From assembly GCA_047495785.1 (NCBI GenBank), contig JBLDXI010000085.1, forward strand, positions 62,001 through 126,000: 64,000 nt of DNA, in the 5' to 3' direction. Positions 1 through 12,549 of the stretch are shown here, piece by piece. Below the pieces are notes generated by a model. That model saw only the letters and a list, made by a program, of their open reading frames with translations, did no database searches and was not told the origin of the DNA. This stretch comes from Lepidodermella squamata (Eukaryota; Animalia; Gastrotricha). Numbering within the stretch: the first letter of the stretch is position 1; each line of letters begins with the position of its first letter. Both the position numbers and the translations under genes were made by a program.

Positions 1-147
1 AAGCACGTAAAATTTTTGAAATATTTTGAAATAAAATTTTGGAATCTCCTAATTCACCTTCGGATTGAAAATCAAACCTTTTTTAATCAGGAATAATTTT
101 TAATCCTCAAAAACATGGCTTTTTCCAAAATTATATATAATATGAAG

Positions 148-690
148 GGTATATGGGTTTATAATCGCCTGAAGGCGAATTTAAACCCATATAACCTGAA
201 TGCCTTCCGTATATGTGTGTTATCCGGGTCGTATCGTAAAATGTTCAGGGTTACTAGGTATGGTACACTCGCTGAATTTCTATTGCTTTAATTTGAAATA
301 AAAAATCCAACTCAAAAAATCATTTAATTTGTTTCTTGCTCATTTTATTCTCGCATTCTTCATTTTGCGAGTTTTTGGTTTGTTTTTCACATCGAATTTC
401 CCGCATTTCTCGCATGCTCAACAAATTGCTGCTACTGAATCACAAAATTGGGCTCTCGAATTCAAGGTGGTTCTGCTCGGCTGGCTTAGGATGGCTATAT
501 CAATGCGACTGTCACGAGGCCTTCAACACCTCGGTTTGTAGAGCTGCTTCAAAATCGAAGAAGAACACGATCGACGAAATCTTGAACGATTGCTTGGCGG
601 GCATTTTTTGATATAAAAATATATAATTCGGCCATTAAGAAGGCATATTTTACGATACGGTCCGGATAACCTATCATATACGGTATACTT
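148..690 (-). mobile_element. Helentron/DINE-1-like (HINE) or MITE non-autonomous element
   Basis: Imperfect inverted repeats at 207-246 (ccgtatatg..gttatccgg..cgtatcgtaaaat) and 643-683, plus a long stem-loop at 148-196 (ggtatatgggttt..aaacccatataacc) just outside one repeat. Confidence 0.55.
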
Positions 691-1980
691 CCATCAACTG
701 TATTAATGTTCAAAATAATAATTCAATAGTTGAAAATATAAATAATATTTTTCATAAGCGACATGACCTGGCTCATTAAATTCACGTTGACCTCTCGCAT
801 CGACGGTTTATTTCTATCAAAATGTTTCCGCAATTATTATAGCAATTTGCCCATGAAATCGAATAAGGCGTATGAGGCGGTTATATCTTCGACTTTTAAC
901 GTTGACATGTCTCGGCAATTTTCCATGGCAAAGAAGTGCTGACTCATTGCGGTAATAACACACACAAGCACATACAAGCGCGCTCCTTAATATTTTGTTT
1001 GTTTTATTATTAACAGCAAAAATTGTTTACTCACCCTGCTGCTGCTGCTGATGGCACCGGGCGCCGCCGTGTTTGATGAGGGTGACTAAAACGGGTGCAC
1101 TCTGGTGTTACGCCGCGCACTTGAACCAGCCGCGCGGGCTGTTGCACAACTGATGCCAATCGCTAGTAGAGAGCCTTCTTGCCTGTGATCACATGAGCAA
1201 ACAAACCATTTTGCCCCATTTTCGTTGAATAGGTCATAATGATAACATCATCAGGCCGCGGTAATAGCCACAGCAAAAAGTCATTTCCGATGGCTCATTT
1301 GCGGCATTAATTAACGATTATCGTGAATTTCAACGATTTTCAATGCCAATGTAAATTTTCCAATATTATTATTATTTTTTTTAATTTTCCGAATTTTTAG
1401 GACATTTGAATCTATTTCACTGTCACTCATTATAGATTTTAGGAATTTTTTATCAAATTACTCGGAATTATTTGTGAAATGAATCGGAGCTGAAAGTTTT
1501 CTGGCTTTTCAACGAAGCTGAATTTTGAATGATTAATATGGATTATCAAACAAATTTTCAGAATTTAGTGTTGCCACCCGGAAGGTGTGGACTGGGCTCT
1601 TATTGATCCTTTTTTTAAGGGAAATTTCTTGGCCTGATTAAAGCTGATTTTTGGCTAGTCAAGCTAGATTTTATGAGCTGAGCACACTTCTATCTCTATT
1701 TAGTTTGGGAAATTTCGAAAAATTAAAATGGAACCTATCTTTTTGAATACCTCGAATTTTCCTATAAACCTGTATTGAATGTTCCAAAAAGGCTGAAATG
1801 AAATATATTTGGCTTAATTCTCAATTATTTACTGATTTCTTATTATTATTTTTATTTCATGACATTTCATGGCATCAATTTGCTCGGGTTTCTCAGTTTT
1901 GGTTTTGGTTTTTATCTAAAAAAAATTCTTATTTTCAATGTTCTCTCGTGTCAGTCTATTTTATTTATTTCTGCATAGAA

Positions 1981-4900
1981 ATGAGGCGAAAGCGTGATTT
2001 TATTGAATTAATATATTTTTCGCTACGATGTTTGGCACTCGCAGCATTTTTCGGTGATTTTCCTGCCATCGCGCAAGATCCGTGTTCGTTCTCGTACCCG
2101 CATCAGTGTACGAACCAGCCGACAGGCGGCCCAGGCGAGGTCGATTGCCTGTACGAGACCACGTGGAGCCACAACGCCAGAACAGATTTGGTTACCTTTG
2201 ACTTGTCCATCAAAGACACGGACGGCGATCGATGGCTGTCGATTGCTTTCTCAAACGACCGCCTCATGGTTAGCAAATATTCGCATTTTTTCTGAATTTC
2301 TAGGAATTTTCTGAAATTTTTTAAATTTTCAATAAATTGATCAGCGAATAAATTTTGAAGCGAAATGATCCGTAGAATTTCACAATTTCATTAAAAAATT
2401 TTTATTTTTCAATATTTACTGAGTTTTTGAAATTCGAAATTTTGTTGGGAATTCTAAATTTCAATGTCCGAAATTACAATGGATAATAGGTGAGAGCATA
2501 GTTCATTTTGTAAAATTGTCCCCAGCTCGAAACAGTTGAAAAATTCAAACTAAAAAATTGGGAAAGTTTCAAAATTTTCAAAAATTTCAAAATTTTAATT
2601 TTTTTTATATTTTAATTGTACAACCTTAGAAAATATTTTCAATGAGACTATGCGAGTAAATTCAAGTTAGCTGGTTCATATTTTGGCACTTGATATTTTG
2701 AGAATTGTGCTAATTATTCTAATTGTGTTTAATTTTGTGATTTTTCTAGCCACGATCTGATGTGGTCATGGGTTGGATCGACCAATCACCAGCCTCGCCC
2801 GAAGCAGCCACCCTAACCGATCGCTACATATTCGGTTACCTGGAGCCTATCGTCGATAAAGACCAGGACGTACAACTGTTAGCCTGGTCTTCGCAAGACG
2901 GCCGTTCGGCGATGCGATTCACGCGATCTCGCTTGTCGTTCGACTCGCGAGACGTTAATTTGACGTCATCATCGCCGTGTCCTTACTTTTTCTTCACGCA
3001 TGACCCGGGCCGTGTTGACTCACGCGGATCGGTTTCACAGCACAACGAAGCGCCTATCATTTTCGGCCCGGTTTGCATGTCGTCTTGTTCAGGTAAATTT
3101 CCAATTTTCATTTTGAAAATATTCTCAAATACAAGAAAATCTAAAATATACCCTAAATTTCTTGATTTTTCATGACAAATTGAGAATTTAAAAATTTCTG
3201 AAATTTTTTAAAATTCATCATAAATGTTATATTTTTCCAGATTTTTATATTTTTTTGAATTTTTTTTTTAAATTTATGAAATTGAGGGATTTTTAAAAAT
3301 TTGCGAATAATAATTTAGTAATTTGTTTCTTTTCAGCTAACAATTATGTGTTGAGGCGAGGTGATTGCCGGCGGCATTCGCACATTCCACTCGCGGCGCC
3401 AATCGAGCGTGAATTTCTCAACTTCACGCGCCACCTTAATTCGGATAATAAGGCGCCGCCCAATGACGCATCGAATGACATGCACCTGTTTACGGCCAAC
3501 CAGATATCATTCGCCGAATGCAAACAAAGGTATTTCGAAAAAATAGAAAATATTGAATTTTTTTAATTTAATTGCAAAATTTAATGAAAAATTGGGGTGA
3601 TTCCCGTTCTCCCAACCACGACCACCCAACCGCGCAGTTTCCCAATAATTAATCCCAACCGCGCACTCTCCCAACCAATTCTCCCAACCTTGGGATTTAA
3701 TTTAAATTAAAAATATTTTCCCAAATTCCCAATCGCGTGTCAAGTTTAAACTGCTGAACTGCAACACCTGCTTATCGCGCGCTTATATGAAGAGCTCGGA
3801 GGAATAGGCACTCCCTCAAATACGAGGTACAGCTTTATGACTTCATTGACTGATTTAAAACCAATACAATTGTTGACTTCAATATTTTTCATTCTTGTTA
3901 TTTTTTTCAATTTTTTTCAATAATGCGGGTGAAACCTCAATTGGGAGTATGTAAAACCTGTAAGAAGAAGGCACCCAAGACTAGATTTTCGGCTTCGCAA
4001 GGCCCGCAATAAAAGCTTAAGGCCATTGAAAGCGCGTTACGCTGTGAAGGCCCTCTGGTAGATGCTCCTGTTCGAGTCATTTTCACTAGAGACTCGCCGC
4101 CGAAGAAACGTGGCCGTCCGCCGAAGCGCCTGCAAGTGCCGGCCGTTGCTGCGCCACCTTGTAATATTGATATTAATAGGAAATTATTTCAAGTGTTAAG
4201 TTTTAACTATACTACAGCACCTCCGCCTCGCAAAAAATCAGCAGAGTGGGGATGAAGTGGTTGTTAAGCGGAAACGCGGAAGGCCACCTAAGGTCAAAGA
4301 GCAGGTAGCTGAGGATAAGCCGAAGAGGCGCGGCCGCCCGCCCTTGAGAAGTCAGCAGCCTGCAGAGAGCGAGGCAACGCCGCGACCCTCGCCTCACGTC
4401 GCCTCACCTGGACTTGAGTCAACTCCCCCTCCCCGCACTCGAACCACAACCGTCGCATTACCGCTCGCAGCACCGGATATCACTCGCCTCACCCAAGGCT
4501 AAGAAGCTTAAGCTTAACCGCAGCGCGTCCGCGATTATTGCTGTCGAGAAAGGACGAGTCTGGTCATCGCCACCGCCTCCAATTACACTCTCTAACCCTT
4601 TCACGGCGGAATTATTTATCTACGAGACAAAAATATTTCACGGAATTTGTAGGGGCTGTGTGAAAAGTGGTCGAAATCGCCCTTCCGCCCAGCTGATTTC
4701 AGGCGATTTTACGAACACCCTAATTTCTGTATCAGATACTTTCAACTTTGGATTTCAGATGATAGATTACTCCCATGAAATCCGCTAACAATCTCCCTCA
4801 CTTATATCACCGAAAACAACTAATTTAAAAAACTTTATTGGCGAAAAAGTATGTATTCAGCTTTTCTAGTTATTCTTTGCGACAGTTTTGCTGCACAAAA

Positions 4901-7900
4901 ATCACGCATTCCACCTTTATACATCTGGGCGGATAGGGCGATTTCAAGCGGTTTGAAACTTAAATGGGGTGGTAATTTGTCATCAAAAATTCGAGAAAAT
5001 TTAGACACAGGTCAATGAGACTAAGCCTGTCGCTTTGTTTGTTTCAGGTGTGCGTGCGCTTATATATTATTATTTATTTACTCAGTTGGGAGAATAAGTT
5101 GGGAGAGTGCGCGGTTGGGAGAAATTATTGGGAAAATGCGCGATTGGGAGAAAAAGTTGGGAGATCGGGAACACCCCGAAAAATTGAAATTCATAATTCT
5201 TGAAAAATTGAAAAATATCATTCTTGCATATTAATTATATGGAAATATCCAATAAAATATCCATACCAAAATTTTAAATTTAAAAAAATTGGGAAAATTT
5301 AAAAATTGATTTTTTCGATAATTAGGTGTGATTTCACGGCTGAGTGCACATCGTTTACTTACCTGGCTGATGGGTCAGCTTGCTACCTGTTACGGTCGAG
5401 TTGTCTCTCAAACGAGTTCAATCCAACCATCGCAAATACGTACCACTACGAGAAAATGGGTATGCTGAAAAATTTGATAGCCCAATTTATTTGATTTTTG
5501 ATTTTTTCCATAGATTTGCCTGGCTTTTCGCATATTCGTACCGATTCATGTATCAGCCATCACTATGAGAATGCGCTCGATGTCCGGCTGCTGAATCTAG
5601 CCGATTGCGCTAAAGTTTGTGAGGTTCTGCCCACGTGTCCTGGTTTTTCGTACCAGCCAAGCGAGACGCGGTGCTTCATTCACGCGACAACCTGTGCCCC
5701 AAATGCCTACCCGGATATTTCGGCTCAAAATCAGCTAAATATCGATAATGAACCGTATTTTATGGATACATACGCCTTCATTAAATTAGGTACGTGGGCC
5801 AGTTAAAAAACAAGAAAAATCCGAACAATCCGATAATAAAAATCGAAAAATCTTGGCATTTTTCAAAATTTGTTCAAATTCTAGGGATCCAGAAATTAAG
5901 TAGAATTTTCTAAAATTAAAATGAAAATCGCGCAAATTTAAAAGAAAAATCAATTTTTGAAATTCTGACTTTTTCTAAATTTTTGAAATTTTTTTGAAAA
6001 TTCTTTGAGCGAAATTGAATGTTCGGTTTCACAATTTATTCACCATCTGAGCTTGAAATTAATTTGTTTTGAATTAATTTTCAGCATCCTCTTGTGAGAT
6101 CAGCGATGTCCTGGTTATGATGGCCTTTACCCAGGACACTATCACCCCAGACGGCCTTAATTCAGTTGTCGATTTCCTCGTGTCTCTACTCACCCGGCTC
6201 GATATCGACTCAGACGTAGTAAAATTCGCCTACACGCTATGGAACGAAGACGCCCCGAGCCGAGTCGCCGATTTCCAAGGCGAATTTGACCGCGAACAGC
6301 TAATAGCGAGTGTTAACCTTATCAACCACCAAGATTTGCCGCAATCGCACCTTCAAGCTGCTTCGATGTTCCAATTCGCCTATACCCACGCCTTTGTACC
6401 CAGCGTGGTCCGACCGCATGCGAAACACACGATCATTTTCCTAACTTCGACAAATTACGACGACGAAAATATCGACGCAGCTGTTTACGAAGCCTCCCAA
6501 GCTTTGAAACGCAACATTCGCATCGTAGCTGTTGGATTGGGCCAGTTCCCAGTCGAGCATCAATTGACGGCAATTGCGAACAATAGTTTGGAAAATGTCT
6601 ATTTCGATCGGAATTTTGAGAAGTTGTCCGATCTCTCGTGCCAACTTAGCAACCTTCATTGCTCGTACCGGGAATGTTCGCCAGCTTTCCAGCAAGCTTC
6701 AAAATCGACCACTGAAGCTTCGGAACATTCGACTACAACCACACAGGAATCTACTACAACAACCCAGGAACCTTTACCGACTTCGACAAAAGAACCTGAG
6801 ACGACTTCAAGTTCGGAACCTTCAACAACTGAACCTTTGCCAACTTCAACTGAAGTTCCAACTACAACGGAGGCTCCAACTACGACTACAACGGAACCTT
6901 TTGTGACGGAAACCGAAACTACTACTGAACCTTCGACTACAACAACAACCGAAGCTCAAACGACTGTTACCCAAGCTGGAACTACGCCAACTTCGAAGCC
7001 GAATGAAAGATTGGTTGATATCGGCTCGATCTACCCGAATATGGACTGCCCGCAGGGTGCCTCGAGCGAGGGTTACACCTTCTACGCAGTTTTCATGTCT
7101 AATGTCCAGCCTGAGCTGATCAGTGACCTCGAACTGTTTGTGGCGTTATCTGGAACGAATCGGCCCAATGTGATCGCAGCGGTTGAGATTGACTCGCACT
7201 ACTTCCGAGATCGGCTGTTTGTTCACGGCGGGCAGATGGGTCGAGTTTTGTTGCCAAGGTCTGCGTTTGAAATGCCGCTGACTGGATCGGCGTCTCTACA
7301 TGCGAAGGGATTGAAGATTTCTGCGAATGCGTCGATCACGGTCTATACAATCAATAGACAGGGCTACTCGTCCGATGGAACGATTGTCTTCCCTGAGGAA
7401 GGGCTTGGTTCCGAGTATCTTACAGTTTCTTACTACCCGTCGGATCACTTCACCCAATTCGGCGTAAGTATTTCAAACAGTTATAGTTGATTTGGTTAGT
7501 TTCTTAAGCTGCGTGGTTTGAATCCTTGGAGGCTTTGTTGGCACAAGTTTGAAGCTCTGAAATAGGAACTTCATATTTTTGAAGCTTAGTCCCAGCTTGA
7601 ATCAGCTTAGCCGAGCCTATGAACCTTCGCTCAAGCTCTAATTGAGCCCGGTACATTTCTGAGTGGGAATATCTAGGTTCCAGTTCATCGGCTAATAGAT
7701 TTCTAAGCTCTATCAGCATGTTTCTATCTTGGAATATTTCGGCTATCGATTTAGGGGAATTATGGGAGGTCTTTGGGTAGATTGCGCAGGATTCCTAACT
7801 TTCTTGTATAGCCTTTTATCCAACTAAAATTGTTAAATTTTGGAATATTTCAGATCCTATCGCCACACAATAGCAATCTGGTTTCGATTACCCTCCCTCC

Positions 7901-10900
7901 ACGCGAGGAACCTTTACTTGGTTCAATAATCGATGACAAGCTGAACAAGAATTCGAATGCTCGCGCCAACTGTACCCTCCGATACGGCGGCGAGACCTTC
8001 ACAAATGGCGATACTTTGACCATTCGAATGAACTACCTGGACACGTTCCAAATGCAATCCTCCTGCGACCTATCCGGAACAGCCATCAGATCTCGGAAAC
8101 CAGTGGCCGTTTTCAGCGGTAACGTCCTGACCAGTGTTGCTACCCCGGTTTACGGTGGCTACCAAGGTTCAGTTCCGCCTCACCAGAACGGCAGATTCCA
8201 GTCTCATCTCATCGACCAAATCCCGCCAGTATCGAGATTGGGCCGGCTCTACTCCGCAGTTTCTGCCCCGAGGCGGTTGACTGGAGACGCCTGGGCAATA
8301 GTGGCGCCTTTCGACAACACCGAAATCTCTGTCTACAGCAACGACCGGTCTACGATCGAAGTCGCGACGAAGTTCCTTCATTTCGGCCAGAAATACGAGT
8401 TCACTAGCGTGAATGACATGCATTTCCTTATCGCGAGTACTAAGCCGATTTTGGTCGCTCAGTTCGTGAAGAGTGAGCAGCTGGGTTCAGCCTACGGGCG
8501 GGGATCTTCACCGTCAATGGTTGTCTACCCTTCAATGGAGCAATGGTCGAAACGGTATACCTTCTTAGTCCCTTACGGCTACAAGCAGGCCTATAAGAAC
8601 TACCTGGTTGTAACCGTGAAGAAGGGTTTCGAAGATGGAATTTTGTTGAACGGCGAATCTGCTCAACTACCAACTGATGCATCTTGGTTGCCGGTTAACG
8701 GGAGCCCGGACCTAGTTTCGGCCTTTGTTCCGATCTCGGAGGGTGTTCATACTGTATATCACGAGCAGTGGTTCGATATGAGGTTCGGGGCGTTGGTCTA
8801 CTCGACTGGGCCCAATGGAAGCTTGTACTACTCAGCTGGGCAGTGTTTGGCAAATCTCAACTGCGAAGTCACACTGACACTACCCAATGACCTCATCGTA
8901 AGTATTTTCACCTATTATATTTTCAAATGTTCAAAAATTTCAAATTTCAAATTCCTATTTCAAAATTTTGAATTTATTTCCCATTTTTTCAAATTTTCAA
9001 ATTTTAATTTTAAATTTAGGGGAAATTTTGGAAATTTTAAATTTTAAATTTTAAATTTTAAATTCCTGAAATTTCAAAAATATTTGAAACATTATCTAAA
9101 ATCCCATAAATCGTGTAACTCGTTAATTTGTTTGCCTTAGGACAATGACTGCGATGGATTTATCGATGAAGAAGTTCTGAACGATCGCGATGATGACGGC
9201 GATGGTCGAATCGATGAGGATACTTACGAGGTGATCGTTCGGCCAACCGATGTTCCAATCATCGAAGATCCCGAAACTACTGCAACTACCGAAAGTACCG
9301 AATCATCGTCTGCCAGTACCGAAACTACAACGCAAGAGACAATAATCATTACCGAAGCTGCTTTCACGACAAAACGGACTGGGAAACTTGAGATGGAGCG
9401 GCCGTATGAACCGGTTACTAGGCCGACCCCTCGCATGCCACCGGTTCGGGCAACAATCTACTTCAATGCGACGAAAATGCCGCCAAGACTGCCGTGGCCT
9501 TTCACGCAAGAAGTTACGATTGAACAAACTCAGCCTGGTCCGATTTACCTGACGATGAGTGGCTGGACCCCGGAGCCTCATAGTTCCACCTCGGCACCGA
9601 CTGGTACCACGAAGGAACCTTACGGGGGATCTTACCGAAAACCAGGCGCGCCGTCTATTGTTTCGATAATCGATGGCCATGGCAATCGGAGGAAACCAGG
9701 CCGGAAACCGAGTAGACGTCCCTCTGGCAAGTATAGCTACCTGAAACCAGCAAGACGACCTGTAACCCTAGCGCCAATGCCTTCCACAACGCCAAAGGTG
9801 ACCCTAAGGCCAACCCCGGTCGAACAATTCACATCACCCACGAAAAGCAACCTCGGCCTTTTAACGACTTGCTACGGCGATGTTGTAGAGATGAAGTGTC
9901 CGAAACAAGGTCACGTGATCTCGCTGATCAGCGCCCATTTCGGTAGGATCAACTACGTGCGAGAGGTGACGTGCGCCTCGGAGAATCCGCACGTCTGCGG
10001 CGGTAATTATGCCGACGATTGCGGGTTTGCGGACGCGTTCTTCGCTATCGACCCGATTTGTTCGAACAAAACAAGCTGCTCAGTGCCGTTAGACGGCGCG
10101 CTGTTACGGAAAATACCGAATAATTCGACTTGTGATGTCTGCCAGATGTACCTAGCGTATGCCTACACCTGCAGGCCTGTTGAAGAATGTTCGTACCTAG
10201 CTAGTCAAAACCCGGATTCTGTGACTTACACCCAGGGCAATTATGCTTATAAGAACGGCTATGAAATCGCGTATTCGTTCGAGGCGATTGAAGCAGCGAT
10301 GAATGTGCTACGAGCTCCGAATTGCTCGAAATCCGGCTCGGTCACGGATTTTGTCGACAATCGATCCGGCGAGCCGGATTCTTGTGAGGCCGATGCTGAT
10401 TTTCATCGTAACCAGTATTACCCGCCCATGTTGGGTAAGCTGTGTAACATGTCGCTTGGCGCGTCGTTTCAATCCGGTGGAATGATGGCGTGGTGCCCGC
10501 CCTTCACGTGTTCGGCTGGCTGTTTGCCGTATCTTGAGATTGATCTTCATGGGTATCACAAAATTACTGGCATTGTTTTTCAAGGCCGCAGGCGGTGGGA
10601 TGCTTGGATTTCAGAGTTCAGGATCGAGCATAGCTTCGACGCCAAGGCGTTCAATGCACTTGCTAGGGTAAGTGTGTTTGAATTTCGTAAAACCCCTCAT
10701 TTTGGTCCTTAACGAAATGCGAAATGAAACAAAGGAATCTCTTTGACTACAACAACGAAATAAATACGAATTTCCCCTTGTCCTGTAATTCTTAGAAGTC
10801 CCAATCGCAAATCTGTTGGGAATGTTGTTTCAAAGCTAAGATCTGGCCCATAGTGAGTAAGAAAACACGAAAATGTTACTTTGAACTTCAGGAACTAGGA

Positions 10901-11853
10901 AATTTTAATTTCAACTTACAAATGGCATCGTAAGGAATTTTCTGATATTTTCAGAGTTTCCATTTTGATTTCATAGCTGAAGCTCTAATTTATTAATTTT
11001 TTTTGTTTATTTCATGGAATCCGGCGGGAACCTTTTATTTTTCGCATTCTTACGTTTTTTCTCAACATTATTTTTATTTTTTTCTTGTTTGAATTTAGAT
11101 CTTCACTGGGCCGTCGAATGCTCGCGATGTCGTTCATTGGAAGTTCAACAGTCAAGCTTTCACAGCTCGTTACGTCCGCATCGTTGTTACTAGATACCAC
11201 GGCTATCCAGCTGGCCACATCGATCTCCTCCGCTGCAAACAATGTAAGAATAAACATACAATCGTATTTAAACATAGTTTGCTGATTTGAGGATTGAACC
11301 GAAAAATTCATCGGAAGGGAATTTGTTAAACTAATTTTCTGAAATTTAGAAAAAAATTTCAAAAAAATCCATGATGAATTTCCATAAAGCCTTATTTTGC
11401 TCTTTTTTGCAATTTCATTCGTGGGAAGTTAAAACTTTATTTTCAAATTTTTCAGATGAACCTGTTGGTTGTAAGCCAATCACAATCCCGCACTCTACGA
11501 TAAAACGTGAACCAGCCCTCCGGAGCCGAGTCCTCGAAGCTCGCTGCGATCCTGGCTGGATGACCTCGACCAACCAAACCGTATTCACAGTCCGCTGTGC
11601 TAGCAACTTATTCTGGTCAGGCGTACAACCATGCGACATGCCTCGCACCTGTGGCGACATTCCCCTAGTCAAAGGAGCTCTTCACAATGCCACGTCCCTA
11701 GGTGTTGGCTCTGTTGTTCGATACACATGCGCCGATCCTGCGAGCAGGTTGAAAGGGAATAATACAATTTATTGCAAGGACGATGCTCGCTGGTCGCCGG
11801 AACCTGCTTGCGTTACGACACAGGAGCAGACAACAGTGGCGCAGGATATGTGA
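1981..11853 (+). CDS. Secreted mosaic protein, ~1908 aa: signal peptide, DOMON, 2x PAN/apple, vWA, Thr/Glu mucin-like, IgGFc-binding N-terminal, DNDCDG acidic motif, Pro/Thr linker, SUEL/Gal-lectin, F5/8 type C, 2x CCP
   Basis: Ten phase-compatible GT-AG exons: 1981-2268, 2750-3092, 3337-3529, 5326-5459, 5514-5789, 6085-7463, 7854-8897, 9141-10667, 11099-11243, 11456-11853. Motifs: DOMON (WLSIAFS..M|PRSDVVMGW), PAN (C..C....C.SF.Y), IgGFc-binding (DLSGTAIRSRKPVAVFSGN, HLIDQIPP), SUEL (ISAHFGR, C...YL..AYTC), discoidin (YLEIDL..ITGIVFQGRR, TARYVRI), CCP (GSVVRYTC..C...ARWS). AATAAA near 11922. Confidence 0.85.
3594..5177. mobile_element. Non-autonomous DNA transposon in intron 3, with GGGGTG..CACCCC termini and an 8-bp TSD
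   Basis: ~100-bp imperfect terminal inverted repeats built from (T)CCCAAC units. GAAAAATT is duplicated at 3586-3593 and 5178-5185. The interior has AT-hook-like RGRPP codons. Confidence 0.75.
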
Positions 11854-12549
11854 GGACATTTTGTTGCTTGCTTTCTTATTGCTTCTTCGGTTCTTGTTGA
11901 CATCATGCGAAATGATTTTTTAATAAAAATGAATTCTAATGAGTTTTGCCAATATTTAAGGCAGTCGAGTGAGAATTTGCAAATGAAAACGTTCTTTTAT
12001 TGCAGACGTTCAGTTAGCTAGGCATTCGCCAAGAGCCAAATTTAACGGATTTCAAATGGATCCATTCCTAACTCAATCGGTTCAGCTTCCCATTTTTTGT
12101 GGTTTTTGAGGTCATAAGCGTCGAATGGGGTGCGACACACCATAAATTTGGGATTTCGAGACTAAATTTGTAGATTTCTCCAAAATACGGATTGAGTTTC
12201 CAAATCAGCGATTTTTCTGATATCGAACATTGGATCTTAGAACCCAACATGTCTATATATCTTAGGATCGCACGGAATCCGAGACTTTTAGTGCCGGATA
12301 ACTTTTCCGATCCTCGATCCTTGGTATCACCCTTGATACCTAGTTAAGAACGTTTTTCTGCCCACTTATTACCTCTCTATCGGATTCTGCGTGATTGGTG
12401 ATATTGGATGTGAAAAGCGAAATATCCGAAAAACCCATAGGTCTTTCTAGCGAGACTTTATTGCCATCTCAAATAAGAGATCAGAGAAAGATTAAAGAAC
12501 GGTGAATGAAAGTCCGATATTTAAAATAACATTAATTTTCGACTAGAAG

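Noticed and set aside
1029-1225. GC-rich minus-strand segment ending in a GTGAGT donor, with a short (CAG)n run
   Set aside because: No ATG-initiated open frame reaches the donor. It may be a non-coding first exon but cannot be supported.
6715-7000. Thr/Glu/Pro repeats
   Set aside because: Low-complexity mucin-like coding linker within the large gene, not a separate repeat or array.
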